NCBI GenBank assembly: GCA_030141605.1
Contig: JAQGDQ010001577.1
Location: 1 to 33,983, forward strand
Origin: Tubiluchus corallicola
Lineage: Eukaryota; Animalia; Priapulida
DNA: 33,983 nucleotides
Direction of reading: 5' to 3'
Part shown: positions 1 to 20,936 of the stretch, in pieces
Numbering within the stretch: position 1 is the stretch's first letter
Layout: each line of letters opens with the position of its first letter
Position numbers and translations under genes: made by a program
Notes under the pieces: generated by a model
The model's input: the letters and a program-made list of their open reading frames with translations, nothing else
Told to the model about the DNA's origin: nothing
Databases searched by the model: none

Positions 1-2516
1 ATGGCTCTGAACTGGTCCATATTATGCTCTGAATTGGTCCATATTATGCTCTGAATTGGATTGGTGCACATTATGGCTCTGAATTGGCCTACATTATGTT
101 CTGAATTGGTACATATTATGGCTCTGATTTGGCCCACATTATGTTCTGAATTGGTACATATTATGGCTCTGATTTGACCCACATAATGTTCTGAATTGGT
201 ACATATTATGGCTCTGAATTGGTCCACATTATGCTCTGAATAGGTGCATATTATGGCTCTGAATTGGTGCATATTATGGCTCTGAACTGGTCCATATTAT
301 GTTCTGAATTGGTCCACATGATGCTCTGAATTGGTCCACATTATGCTCTGAATTGGTACATATTATGCTCTGAATTGGTCCACATTATGCTCTGAATTGG
401 TCCACATTGTGCTCTGAATTGGTGAATATTATGGCTCTGAACTGGTCCATATTATACTCTGAGTTAGTGCATATTATGCTCTGAGTTAGTCCATATTGTG
501 CTTTGAGTTGGTCCATACTATACTCTGAGTTAGTCCATATTGTGCTTTGAGTTCGTCCATACTATACTCCGAGTTAGTCCATATTGTGCTTTGAGTTGGT
601 CCATACTATACTCCAAGTTAGTCCATATTGTGCTTTGAGTTGGTGCACATTATGGCTCTGAATTGGTCCATATTATACTTTGGATTGGTCCATACTATAC
701 TCTGAGTTGGTCCATACTATGCTCTGAATTGGTCCATATTATGCTCTGAATTGGTCCACATTATGGCTCTGAACTGGTCCATATTATACTCTGAGCTAGT
801 CCATATTATGCTCTGAATTGGTGCATACTATATTCTGAGTTAGTCCATATTGTGCTTTGAGTTGGTCCATACTATACTCTGAGTTAGTCCATATTGTGCT
901 TTGAGTTGGTCCATACTATACTCCGAGTTTGTCCATATTGTGCTTTGAGTTGGTCCATACTATACTCTGAGTTAGTCCATATTGTGCTTTGAGTTGGTCC
1001 ATAGTATACTCTGAGTTAGTCCATATTGTGCTTTGAGTTGGCCCATACTATACTCTGAGTTAGTCCATATTGTGCTTTGAGTTGGTCCATACTATACTCT
1101 GAGTTAGTCCATATTGTGCTTTGAGTTGGTCCATACTATACTCTGAGTTAGTCCATATTGTGCTTTGAGTTGGCCCATATTGTACTCTGAATTGGTCCAT
1201 ATTATGCTCTGAATTGGTCCATACTATACTCTGAGTTGGTCCATATTATGCTCTGAATTGGTCCATATTATGCTCTGAATTGGTCCATATTATGCTCTGA
1301 ATTGGTCCATATTATACTTTGGATTTGTGAATACTATACTCTGAGTTAGTCCATATTATGCTCTGAATTGGTGCACATTATGGCTCTGAATTGGTCCATA
1401 TTATACTTTGGATTGGTCCATACTATACTCTGAGTTGGTCCATACTATGCTCTGAATTGGTCCATATTATGCTCTGAATTGGTCCACATTATGGCTCTGA
1501 ACTGGTCCATATTATACTCTGAGTTGGTCCATATTATACTCTGAATTGGTCCATACTATACTCTGAATTGGCCCATATTATGCTCTGAGTTGGTCCATAC
1601 TATACTCTGAGTTAGTCCATATTGTGCTTTTGAGTTGGTCCATACTATACTCCGAGTTAGTTCATATTGTGCTTTGAGTTGGTCCATACTATACTCTGAG
1701 TTAGTCCATATTGTGCTTTGAGTTGGTCCATACTATACTCTGAGTTAGTCCATATTATGCTCTGAGTTAGTCCATATTATGCTCTGAATTGGTCCATACT
1801 ATACTCTGAATTGGTCCATACTATACTCTGAATTGGTCCATATTATGCTCTGAATTGGTCCATACTATACTCTGAATTGGTCCATATTATGCTCTGAATT
1901 AGTCCATACTATACTCTGAATTGGTCCATATTATGCTCTGAATTGGTCCATATTATGCTCTGAATTGGTCCATACTATACACTGAGTTAGTCCATATTAT
2001 ACTCTGAATTGGTCCATACTATACTCTGAATTGGTCCATATTATGCTCTGAATTGGTCCATACTATACTCTGAGTTAGTCCATACTATACTCTGAGTTTG
2101 TCCATATTATGCTCTGAATTGGTCCATACTATACTCCGAGTTAGTCCATATTGTGCTTTGAGTTGGTCCATACTATACTCCGAGTTTGTCCATATTGTGC
2201 TTTGAGTTGGTCCATACTATACTCTGAGTTAGTCCATATTGTGCTTTGAGTTGGTCCATACTATACTCTGAGTTAGTCCATATTGTGCCTTGAGTTGGTC
2301 CATACTATACTCTGAGTTAGTCCATATTGTGCTTTGAGTTGGCCCATATTGTACTCTGAATTGGTCCATATTATGCTCTGAATTGGTCCATATTATACTC
2401 TGAGTTAGTCCATATTATGCTCTGAATTGGTCCATATTATGCTCTGAGTTGGTCCATATTATGCTCTGAATTGGTCCATACTATACTCTGAGTTGGTCCA
2501 TATTATGCTCTGAATT
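1..2516. repeat. 22-bp minisatellite (gctctgaattggtccatattat), more than 110 copies, with 44-bp dimer blocks; truncated by the window start
   Basis: Directly visible periodicity. Alternating variants are actctgagttagtccatattgt and gctttgagttggtccatactat. Confidence 0.97.
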
Positions 2517-2760
2517 CGGGGGACCTCGTGTCAGGCTGATTTTCTACGTTATGTTACTGCTATCTGCATGGAAATAGGTCCCAATCAAAAAATAAGTGAA
2601 AAAACCAGCTGCCAAACGCCCCTTTTCATTCATGCTTAGCGAAACTGGAGAAAGATATAAAAAGCAAATTAGAATGAAAAGTGTATAGTGACTTATGGGA
2701 CATCCTGTACATTAACGCCTATCCTCTATAACGCAGGAATTAGTGGCATACAACAACCTA

Positions 2761-9127
<6,367 letters not shown>

Positions 9128-9343
9128 CTGTAACAATAATCCATAGTACATTATGAGTTGCAAGCTCAGTTATATGTTGCTCACTGTAATACTGTCACAC
9201 AGTTCATGTGAGTACGTGTGCGCGTGTATGTGTGGTAGCACACACATTTAGCTCAGCTGCTACAATCTGCATCACTGAAATTTTATTTACAAAATATGTA
9301 TGTTCTAGCCCTCAAATTCAGTAGTACAAGAATGATCTTGTAA

Positions 9344-9720
9344 GAGGTCAAGGTCACTTCTCAAAACTGAAAGTGCAAAGAAAGGTGTAGTCCAGCTTCC
9401 TATTGGTAAGGTCACATTTCTCTGGGTAAAAGTCAAGGTCACATTTCGGTGGGGAACAGTTAAGATAAAATTTATCTGGGTAAAACCCCAAGGTCACATT
9501 TCTGCGAGCAAAAGTCAGCCAAGGTCATATGTCACTGGGTTAAAGTGAAGGTCACACTTCTCTGGGTAAAAGTCAAGGTCACATTTCTCTGGGTAAAAGT
9601 CATATTTGTGTGGGCAAAAGTCAAGGTCACATTTCTGTGGGTAAAAGTCTATTTCACAAATTCTTAATACACTGTAACTTAATGCACATTTCACCTTGTC
9701 TGATATTTCAAGGTCACACT
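9344..9720. repeat. Degenerate roughly 28-bp repeat rich in (tc)aaggtcac
   Basis: About nine aaggtca cores, mostly within tctgggtaaaagtcaaggtcacatttc-like units. Confidence 0.8.
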
Positions 9721-9975
9721 TACAGACGGCAAATACAACTTTCTACAGCAGCTCCTACCAGAAATTGATGTAGGAAACATACGATTCTAGTTGTATTATG
9801 CGTTTGTCTATTTATACTAATGAAATTCAAATGTTTTTCACTACAGTACAAAATGATTTACAAAAAGGCACAAATAAGGAGCCACGATAGTGGAAAAATC
9901 ATTAATCAATTAACCACTCAAAAGTACAGCAAACTTGTGTAGCCTGTTCACCATTATCATGCAGCGGACTTTTAG

Positions 9976-10246
9976 AGACAATGTGCCATTTCACTGACAG
10001 TAAACAATGCGGTGTTGAGCATTGTTACATCATTGACAGTAAACAATGCGGTGTTTACTATTGTTACTTCATTGCTGTACACTAGCTTTTTACAGACAAT
10101 GTGCCATTTCACTGACAGTAAACAATGCGGTGTTGAGCATTGTTACATCATTGACAGTAAACAATGCGGTGTTTACTATTGTTACTTCATTGCTGTACAC
10201 TAGCTTTTTACAGACAATGTGCCATTACACTGAAAGTAAACAATGC
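9976..10246. repeat. 118-bp tandem repeat (about 2.3 copies) with an internal tgacagtaaacaatgcggtgtt subrepeat
   Basis: agacaatgtgccatt occurs at 9976, 10094 and 10212. Confidence 0.92.
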
Positions 10247-11379
10247 TCAATTTTAAATACCCCAGCTGATTGAAAACAACGAATAGGTCAGCCTTTGCTC
10301 ATTACATATCCAACATTGGCCAGTGACCTGATTAACCCCACACGCTTATAGTAATTATGCATGCAACACTGTGGGAAGCCAAGTCTCACCAGTCTGAAGT
10401 GAAGCCAGTCAGAGATTAGGCTGATTGAGCACAAATAACTGCTGTAATTAGATTTAGTGGCACTACTCTAAGAGCTTACATTTATTCTCAGGCTGAACAA
10501 TTGGGAAACAGTGTAACTCAGCAGGCGGTTTGATCATCAATCACAGTTAGAACTTGGCTTCCTCGGCTTCGCGTGTAGAGAACTCTCGACTGTTATCCAC
10601 CAGCCAGAAGCCAGTTGTTATTAAAATGTCCTAATCAGTGAGAATGATACGGCACGTCGGTGATGATACAATGGAAATATTCTGCAGTGTTATATGATTG
10701 ACAAGGCCCACGTGAGGCAGTTTATTAAAAACTTGATGAGTTTTACTGGCTGTGTGTAGATGATGGGTATTATTACTGTCAACTGTTATTAGTTTCATAA
10801 TCAACGAGAACTGTGTGTGAAATGATTCATTCAACGTAGAGTCTTTCACAGGTGAGGCTGAGCTATCATGTAAGACAATATCTTATTAGTACATTAATTA
10901 GATAATCTAATTATTAATCTCATTAGTAATTTATTAGATTGGCAGTTAAATTAGATTGTGATCGTATCGACGAAGATAAAAAGTTATTCTGCGAGATAAC
11001 TAACTAGAGAACCGGTGTAGAAATTTGACAAAAAAGGTGATTAATCGCTCAAAAATGGCTGAGGGTAAATGCTACAAGGCTGAGGGTCTCAGCCACGGGG
11101 CTGAGGGTAAATGCTTTAGTATTCGTAATGTATGTAAAGCAGAATAAAGAAAACTAAATGAAACAAACTATGGTATCTTATTTTGTAAAGTGAAATGTAT
11201 GTCTGTTTCAACGTGCTAAAAGTGAAAAAGACTTAAACAATGACAATTTTGATACAGTAAAAATCACAATGTAGCATTGCATGGGAACTACTGTTCGATG
11301 CTTGTGGCTATATACAAAAAGTATCTAAAAACAGCCACAACTAAAAAAGTCTGATAATAAATGCAATAAAATACAGTGC

Positions 11380-12069
11380 AAATTTTTACATAACCTATTT
11401 CCCCATTGTTTCATTTATGTTACTTACATTGTTTTTCCATTAATTCTAGTTTTGTATAAATTTTTACATAACCCACGGTCCCATTGTTTCATTTATGTTA
11501 CTTACATTGTTTTTCCGTTAATTCTAGTTTTGCATAAATTTTTACATAACCTACAGTCCCATTGTTTCATTTACGTTACTTATATTGTTTTTCCATTAAT
11601 TCTAGTTTTGTATAAATTTTTACATAACCCACGGTCCCATTGTTTCATTTATGTTACTTACATTGTTTTTCCGTTAATTCTAGTTTTGTATAAATTTTTA
11701 CATAACCTACGGTCCCATTGTTTCATTTACGTTACTTACATTGTTTTCCCGCTAATTCTAGTTTTGTATAAATTTTTACATAACCTACAGTCCCATTGTT
11801 TCATTTACGTTACTTATATTGTTTTTCCGTTAATTCTAGTTTTGTATAAATTTTTACATAACCTACAGTCCCATTGTTTCATTTATGTTACTTACATTGT
11901 TTTTCCGTTAATTCTAGTTTTGTATAAATTTTTACATAACCTACGGTCCCATTGTTTCATTTACGTTACTTACATTGTTTTCCCGCTAATTCTAGTTTTG
12001 TATAAATTTTTACATAACCTACAGTCCCATTGTTTCATTTACGTTACTTATATTGTTTTTCCGTTAATT
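11380..12069. repeat. 78-bp tandem repeat, about 9 copies; the last unit resumes at 12380-12408 after the MITE
   Basis: Periodicity matches the 26-aa repeat of ORF 11452..12087. Confidence 0.96.
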
Positions 12070-12379
12070 CAGTGGTTCCCAAAGTAGGGGTAAATTACCC
12101 CCCGGGGGTAATATGGTTTTTTTGGGGGGGTAACGGGCACCCCTCTGAAAATTTTTAAAACTTCGCTCGGAATGCATTTTACGTAGTTTTCTTCTTGAAG
12201 AGACTGCCTCCGGCAGGCAACACTGTGTCATGGGGTCCATCACATAAATAATTTTGCTTGCTTGTGGCATATACGTGTGTTTACTTTTTGAGTTGGAGAA
12301 GTAGTACTAGGTGTGGGGTAATGGACACGACCGGGTTTCCCGATTTGGGTAACGGCCCGAGAAAGTTTGGGAACCACTG
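12070..12379. mobile_element. Non-autonomous hAT (Charlie-like) MITE, 310 bp
   Basis: Perfect 14-bp TIR cagtggttcccaaa/tttgggaaccactg and perfect 8-bp TSD cgttaatt (12062-12069 and 12380-12387). Confidence 0.95.
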
Positions 12380-12534
12380 CGTTAATTCTAGTTTTGTATA
12401 AATTTTTAATATTACAAATTCACTAAAATGCATAATTTAAAATTTGAAATTAATAATAATCATGCCGTTATTTATGAAAAGAAATGACAGCAATCTCTGC
12501 TTAAATATGTAAAAATAATTAATGTCAATTATAA

Positions 12535-12995
12535 TAAACAGTAAGTGATGTACAGTACACAGTGTACAACGTACAGTATGTGATGTACAGTACACATTGC
12601 ACAACATACAGTATGTGGTGTACAGTACACATTGCAGAACAGACAGTATGTGGTGTATAGTACACAGTATGCAACGTACAGTACACAGTGCACAACATAC
12701 AGTATGTGGTGTACAGTACACAGTGTGCAACGTACAGTACACAGTGCACAACATACAGTATGTGATGTACACTACAGAGTGCACAACCTACAGTATTTAG
12801 TGTACAGCACACAGTGTGCAACGTACAGTACACAGTGTACAATATACAGTACGTGATGTATAGTACTCAGTATGGAACGTACAGTACACAGTGTACAACA
12901 TACAGTATGTGATGTACAGTACACAGTGCACAAAACAGTATGTGATGTACAGCATACACAATGTACAACATACAGTACGTGATGTATAGTATATG
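12535..12995. repeat. Irregular minisatellite of cagtacacagtgtacaac / atacagtatgtgatgta modules
   Basis: Visible modular repetition. Confidence 0.9.
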
Positions 12996-13889
12996 TCAGC
13001 CAGAATGTATATCTACAACTCAGTCAGGCTCTACATATTTAGAATTCTACAATGTAAATCACATTCTACTTGGCTTCACACATCTCTAATGGCTTCACAA
13101 ACCAGCATATATGTGGCGACGTGAGAAAAGACATGATGCAAACGACCAGTACACGTGCGCGGAGGCGGCTACATCAAACAGAGAAAAGCTGAAAATTCTG
13201 CATCAGCAACAAACAGACATTTAAATACGGGGAAAAAAACTCGGGAGTTTCACGAAGCCAAGTAAACTTTATTCTGAAGTGAGTAAGATGTTAGTGTCAA
13301 TTACAGGTTTGGGAAGCTGAATGTAAAGGATATGGTTAATTAACAGGACGCTTTTAGAAGACTGCTTATATGCTGGAAGAATGATAAACTGTTAAGCTAA
13401 ATAATGGGCTAGGAATGATCTCGTAGGTGTTTACTTGTTTACTCAGCAAATGTTTGTTTGTCAACATGTCAAAGCTCAGTTTGACAAAGATTATTATTAC
13501 TACAGTAACAGAAGAAAGTTAATGTATGATAAAATAAAACAATGACGTTGAAACAAGCAAGCTAAGAAATGATTGCCTTGCTTGTATAGAAGATACAACA
13601 GAAAATAGGTAAAACTACGAGAAAGAACATTTCATTTCGAGTGCAGAACACCTGGCTTCATGTATTTATATCAACATGTGATAAATTTTGAGTCTAGCGG
13701 AGGCTGTCATCTCCTGAAAACATTTAAAGGGATGTTCTGTTGTTTAGAGATCTCTGATGCTTAGCGACTCATCAGAGGAAAGTGGTACTGAACTACAGGA
13801 AACGTTTTAAACAGGAAGTGAAGTGGCACGGAGCATTAGAGACATAGTGATTGCTGGAACAACTACTGTTTTGACTTGTCATCATAGCA

Positions 13890-15210
13890 AACTTCTTTAA
13901 TTTTAGAATTCTGTCTGCTCGATGTCTGCAATAGACTTCTTTAATTTTAGAATTCTGTCTGCTCGATGTCTGCAATAAACTTCTTTGTTTTTAGAATTCT
14001 GTCTGCTCAATGTCTGCAATAAACTTCTTTGTTTTTAGAATTCTGTCTGCTCAATGTCTGCAATAAACTTCTTTGTTTTTAGAATTCTGTCTGCTCAATG
14101 TCTGCAATAAACTTCTTTGTTTTTAGAATTATGTCTGCTCAGTGTCTGCAATAGACTTCTTTAATTTTAGAATTCTGTCTGCTCAATGTCTGCAATAAAC
14201 TTCTTTGTTTTTAGAATTATGTCTGCTCAGTGTCTGCAATAGACTTCTTTAATTTTAGAATTCTGTCTGCTCAATGTCTGCAATAAACTTCTTCGTTTTT
14301 AGAATTATGTCTGCTCAGTGTCTGCAATAGACTTCTTTAATTTTAGAATTCTGTCTGCTCAATGTCTGCAATAAACTTCTTTGTTTTTAGAATTATGTCT
14401 GCTCAGTGTCTGCAATAGACTTCTTTAATTTTAGAATTCTGTCTGCTCAATGTCTTCAATAAACTTCTTTGTTTTTAGAATTCTGTCTGCTCAATGTCTG
14501 CAATAAACTTCTTTGTTTTTAGAATTATGTCTGCTCGGTGTCTGCAATAGACTTCTTTAATTTTGGAATTCTGTCTGCTCAATGTCTGCAATAAACTTCT
14601 TTGTTTTTAGAATTATGTCTGCTCGGTGTCTGCAATAGACTTCTTTAATTTTAGAATTCTGTCTGCTCAATGTCTGCAATAAACTTCTTTGTTTTTAGAA
14701 TTATGTCTGCTCAGTGTCTGCAATAGACTTCTTTAATTTTAGAATTCTGTCTGCTCAATGTCTGCAATAAACTTCTTTGTTTTTAGAATTATGTCTGCTC
14801 AGTGTCTGCAATAGACTTCTTTAATTTTAGAATTCTGTCTGCTCAATGTCTGCAATAAACTTCTTTGTTTTTAGAATTCTGTCTGCTCAATGTCTGCAAT
14901 AGACTTCTTTAATTTTAGAATTCTGTCTGCTCAATGTCTGCAATAAACTGTTTTTATTTTACAATACTGTCTTACTCAATGTCTGCAATAGACTTCTTTT
15001 ACTTTAGAATTTTGTCTGATCAATGTCTGCAAGAGACTTCTTTTATTTTAGAATTCTGTCTGCTTAATGTCTGGAACAAACTTCTTTTATTTTAGAATTC
15101 TGCCTTACTCAATGTCTGCAAGAGACTACTTTTATTTTAGAATTCTGCCTTACTCAATGTCTGCAAGAGACTACTTTTATTTTAGAATTCTGTCTGTTCA
15201 ATGTCAGCAA
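13890..15210. repeat. 44-bp minisatellite, about 30 copies, with an 88-bp dimer core and a degenerate right edge
   Basis: Unit acttctttaattttagaattctgtctgctcaatgtctgcaata(a/g), with alternating variants at about 14110-14830. Confidence 0.96.
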
Positions 15211-15589
15211 TGCATCTAATGGCCATGAAATGCTTGGACAATGGTACGAAGAGCCTTAAGAAGAGAAGGCTAACCTTTTCAACATCACTTTCACTTCGTT
15301 ACTCCCTCTTATTTCACCACGAAAAAGGTTAAGTTTATAGATAAGCCAACGTGTTTCTATAGTAATTACTGATGAACTACAAAAATTTCTTTGCGTTTCA
15401 TTTGTTCAGTGATTCTTGACTAACGAGAGTCTCTGTCAACATTGTATTTGTTCAGTGATTTTTCTGATATCAACTTTAGTTAGTATTACTTTTATTTGGT
15501 CATTTTTGATGTACTAGCATAGAATTTGCTCTAGGGTTTCAGCAAAGAGCTTCTCAATGAAAGCTGAAAAATGAAAGTTCCATCAAAGC

Positions 15590-15792
<203 letters not shown>

Positions 15793-17636
15793 ATTTAATG
15801 CATTTCTGTTTTTGTTTCTCAAAATTTGTGGTGCTGTCCAGCGGCATGCTTTCTGTGGAAATTCTCATTGTAATTCTAACAGCACAAGCTGTAGCAAAAA
15901 TAATTATGAAAGAAGATATTAATTTCTGCATCAGTAAGTTGTAGTCAATTTTGCACACTGATGCACAAACGAAGCTTCCTGCATTCCTACAACTACTGTA
16001 TAGTTCCATTTGTTCTGTTGCTAAGCAGTACTTCAGCATCTGTCAACATTGTAGTTATTGCGCTATCATTGGTTGTTCTAGCCTAAGCAGTTGTTCATTA
16101 TTACACTTGTTCAACGTCTTCTGAGGTACTGAAATCTCTGTCAACACCAGTTTTGCACGGCCACTACTAGGATATTAAAACTCCACAGCACAGGATTTGG
16201 TGTCAGTCGACTTCTAATTAATCCGGATTAGTTATTTTTGTAATTAATTTAGCGACCGGCTTAACAATTTTAATTGCAAGGACATTAATCTGATTGGTCA
16301 ATAAGAACAAGGGGCGTATCGACACTTTTCGACGCCCTACGCTGATAGTTCTGTCCTGCACATCACTTATTGTTGGTTGTTTATGTAATGAATGGATTAA
16401 ACAATTACTTGTGGTGTATTAGAAATGCTATTAACTTAGTTCATACGCTGTCATTACTAATTACATGTATTTGCGTAGCGCTTATATTCAAGCAGGCTGT
16501 GCAACTGCTTGTTGTGTATTACTTTACACCTGTTCGTTATGTGGCACTTATATAAAAGCTGTACTCAGTAACTGCCTGTGGCGTGTTATAATATGTGAAT
16601 ATGTGCCTTTTACATGAATATGAAAGTATACATATTTTCCGAGAATAAATTTTTTTTCTAAAATATGACACCCTCAAACTTTGACACCCTAGGGTATAGC
16701 TTAGTTAGCCTATTGGTTAATATGTCCCAGATAAGAACTATGATCAGGATATGTTAATGATCAATTTGAGACTTGGTTCTGTGATCAAATACAAGCTTTT
16801 TCAATTCCGAAAACGCATTTCTTTCCACTCTCAACATTTAATGCCGCCACGAATGTTTAGTTTAAACATAATTTATTTAGGATTGGATCAGACCGTTTGA
16901 ACAACATGATTTAAGATCCGCACCACAACAGACTTTATACACTATTTACAAGAACATTTACAGTAAGAATAGACTATACTTAGTTTTTAGTATACTTTAG
17001 TATACTAAAGTTTTACTACAGTGATACATTAGACATTAGTAAAAAATGACGGTTAGTAAATATTAATGTACGATTATTTAAGAATGATGCATTTTATATC
17101 AGATAGAAACTACTGGGAGCGTTTAGTACATAATATAAAGTCATGTATACATTGGAATATTTTACAGTTAGTAACATAGTTAAATTCATCTTTACCGAAT
17201 AATAACAACTTCAACAGATCATTATTTCCTAAGACAGCTATATTAAAGTTTTCGGGCAGAAGTATTTCATTTAATTTATCAAAAATGTTCTACCACAAAT
17301 GTTTCTACAATACATGTTAACAGCTACTAATTGTACGTTTGTCTACGTATAATTCAGTTTTCCTTGTTGGACCAACATTCTCTCATGTGTTTACTGACTC
17401 TAGAACTGCTACTGGCTGTCAAGACTTGATTCATGGGACATTAATGTTTACAAGCCACAGTGAGTCTAGAGTTACAATGTTTACAACGTGCATATTGACT
17501 AGAATCACACTGACTTCTGAGCTGCTGGTGTTTAAGTGCGGCACTTGATTTCACAAGAATTTGCAGGGTCACAGGTTCTGGGAACCACAAGCTGTTTACA
17601 CTGCAAGTTATCAGTGATTCTTTGAAAATAGTTTAA

Positions 17637-18227
17637 AGGAAAGGTCAACCTTTTTAGGAGGTTAGACTTATATCAGTGTTAGCGAAAAATGTTAGGAGAA
17701 TTTAGTAATAAAACTGCAATAATCGCTTCGTGTAACTAGTAAAATCACTTTAATAAAGTCGCGATCACTCTATGCTTGAGCGCTCCCATTTTCAATGCCC
17801 ATTCTTCCTCCAATGACGTCATTCGCCTTGCAGAAAAGTAGCGCACTGTCAATCCAAAGTATAAGTATTTACAAAAGCATTACATAGCTAATGTTGTAAT
17901 ATTCTTGCGTGAACATTAGGTAAGCTGCAGAAGTTTGAATTAGTTTAAGCAGGGCGCGTTTACGGAAAGTCACGATGCGCTTACGAAAAGTTACGAAGTC
18001 TCCCAATTACGTCATGATTTTCAAGTGAATGGAGGAAACCACCGCACCTGAAAATTTCTATTCAGAGACAGTTCTTTGCAAATTTCTTTGTTATATTTTT
18101 CCAAGTGTAAGTGATAACAGTTATAAACCCAATATACCGAGTGATTTGTTCTTTCCTTTAGCACACTACAAACAGTTTAAGTGATAACAGTTATAAACTC
18201 AACATACCGAGTGATTTGTTCTTTCCT
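17637..18227 (+). mobile_element. Kolobok-like non-autonomous element, copy 1
   Basis: TTAA on both sides (17633-17636 and 18228-18231), AG termini, imperfect TIR aggaaaggtcaa/ttgttctttcct; homologous to 33012-33745. Confidence 0.8.
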
Positions 18228-18725
18228 TTAAAAAAATGTGTCAATTTGATACAGCACTAGTAAGAAATTGCCATGTTCTACGCCACGTCTACGCAACATT
18301 ATCAAAGCAACAGCAAAGCAACATTAATTAGCCATCACATTAATTTTGTGAAATTGAACACAAAATCCGCAAATTATGCAAAGCAGCTCTAATATTTTAT
18401 GCTGAATTAATATTCCACCGTAAAATTAGGCTAATTAAATTTCTTCTGCTTGTATGTTTAATGGCAGCTGAAGAAAATGAAACCGCCTGGTGGCAATTTA
18501 CAGAAATCAGAGATGGTTAGTAATCTAACTAAGCTAGAAAAATGTGTTAAGACTAATTAATGACTAACTATAAATATCCTACACCAGCGAACTAATTAAT
18601 CACAGTGTAAATCACAGTACTGATGGCTAATACTGTGCAGTGCAATTCCTTTGAATTAGTCATTGACCACTGGCCAGTCTGCAATAGTTTTGTCTTATAA
18701 ATCTTCGAACAACAAAAAAGTGTTT

Positions 18726-20936
18726 TGTTGCTGTTGTTATTACTATTGTTATTGTTGTCCCTGGTATACATGTACATGGCTCACTGTTGTTATTACTATT
18801 GTTATTGTTGTCCTGGTATACATGTACATGGCTCACTGTTGTTATTACTATTGTTATTGTTGTCCTGGTATACATGTACATGGCTCACTGTTGTTATTAC
18901 TATTGTTATTGTTGTCCTGGTATACATGTATATGGGTCGCTGTTGTTATTACTATTGTTATTGTTGTCCTGGTATACATGTATATGGGTCACTGTTGTTA
19001 TTACTATTGTCATTGTTGTCCTGGTATACATGTACACAGGTCGCTGATGTTATTACTATTATTATTGTTGTCCTGGTATGCATGTGCATGGCTCACTGTT
19101 GTTATTACTATTGTCATTGTTGTCCTAGTATACATGTACATGGGTCGCTGTTGTTATTACTATTGTTATTGTTGTCCTAGTATACATGTACATGGCTCAC
19201 TGTTGTTATTACTATTGTTACTGTTGTCCTGGTATACATCTACATGGCTCACTGTTGTTATTACTATTGTTACTGTTGTCCTGGTATACATGTACATGGC
19301 TCGCTGTTGTTATTAGTATTGTTACTGTTGTCCTGGTATACATGTACAAGGCTCGCTATTGTTATTACTATTGTTACTGTTGTCCTGGTATACATGTACA
19401 TGGCTCGCTGTTGTTATTACTATTGTTACTGTTGTCCTGGTATACATCTACATGGCTCGCTGTTGTTATTACTATTGTTATTGTTGTCCTGGTATACATC
19501 TACATGGGTCACTGTTGTTATTACTATTGTTATTGTTGTCCTGGTATACATGTACATGGCTCACTGTTGTTATTACTATTGTTATTGTTGTCCTAGTATA
19601 CATGTACATGGGTCGCTGTTGTTATTACTATTGTTATTGTTGTCCTAGTATACATGTACATGGCTCACTGTTGTTATTACTATTGTTATTGTTGTCCTGG
19701 TATACATGTACATGGCTCGCTGATGTTATTACTATTATTATTGTTGTCCTGGTATACATGTACATGGCTCACTGTTGTTATTACTATTGTTACTGTTGTC
19801 CTGGTATACATGTACATGGCTCGCTGTTGTTATTACTATTGTTACTGTTGTCCTGGTATACATGTACATGGCTCGCTGTTGTTATTACTATTGTTACTGT
19901 TGTCCTGGTATACATCTACATGGCTCGCTGTTGTTATTACTATTGTTACTGTTGTCCTGGTATACATCTACATGGCTCACTGTTGTTATTACTATTGTTA
20001 TTGTTGTCCTGGTATACATCTACATGGCTCACTGTTGTTATTACTATTGTTATTGTTGTCCTGGTATACATGTACATGGCTCGCTTGTTATTATTATTAT
20101 TGTTGCATGTACATGCTCTGTTGTTATTACTATTGTACTGTTGTCTGGTATACATCTACATCTTGTTTTTTACTTTGTTACTGTTGTCCTGGTATACATG
20201 TACATGGCTCACTGTTGTTATTACTATTGTTACTGTTGTCCTGGTATACATGTACATGGCTCACTGTTGTTATTACTATTGTTACTGTTGTCCTGGTATA
20301 CATCTACATGGCTCACTGTTGTTATTACTATTGTTACTGTTGTCCTGGTATACATGTACATGGCTCACTGTTGTTATTACTATTGTTATTGTTGTCCTGG
20401 TATACATCTACATGGCTCACTGTTGTTATTACTATTGTTACTGTTGTCCTGGTATACATCTACACGGCTCACTGTTGTTATTACTATTGTTACTGTTGTC
20501 CTGGTATACATGTACATGGCTCACTGTTGTTATTACTATTGTTACTGTTGTCCTGGTATACATGTACATGGCTCACTGTTGTTATTACTATTGTTACTGT
20601 TGTCCTGGTATACATCTACATGGCTCACTGTTGTTATTACTATTGTTACTGTTGTCCTGGTATACATGTACATGGCTCACTGTTGTTATTACTATTGTTA
20701 TTGTTGTCCTGGTATACATCTACACGGCTCACTGTTGTTATTACTATTGTTACTGTTGTCCTGGTATACATCTACACGGCTCACTGTTGTTATTACTATT
20801 GTTACTGTTGTCCTGGTATACATGTACATGGCTCACTGTTGTTATTACTATTGTTACTGTTGTCCTGGTATTCATCTACATGGCTCGCTGTTGTTATAAC
20901 TATTGTTATTGTTGTCCTGGTATACATCTACATGGG
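18726..20936. repeat. 52-bp minisatellite (ctggtatacatgtacatggctcactgttgttattactattgttattgttgtc), about 42 copies
   Basis: Visible periodicity; source of the 533, 437 and 374-aa ORFs. Confidence 0.97.

Noticed and set aside
11452-12087. 211-aa hydrophobic repeat ORF
   Set aside because: The 78-bp unit is a multiple of three, the start is non-ATG, and the ORF ends inside a MITE.
16250-16730. Possible old hAT-like MITE (end gcctattggttaatatgtcccag)
   Set aside because: I could not identify a convincing matching TIR or TSD.
16994-17011. 18-bp perfect palindrome actttagtatactaaagt
   Set aside because: AT-rich and part of a small local duplication, with no supporting context.
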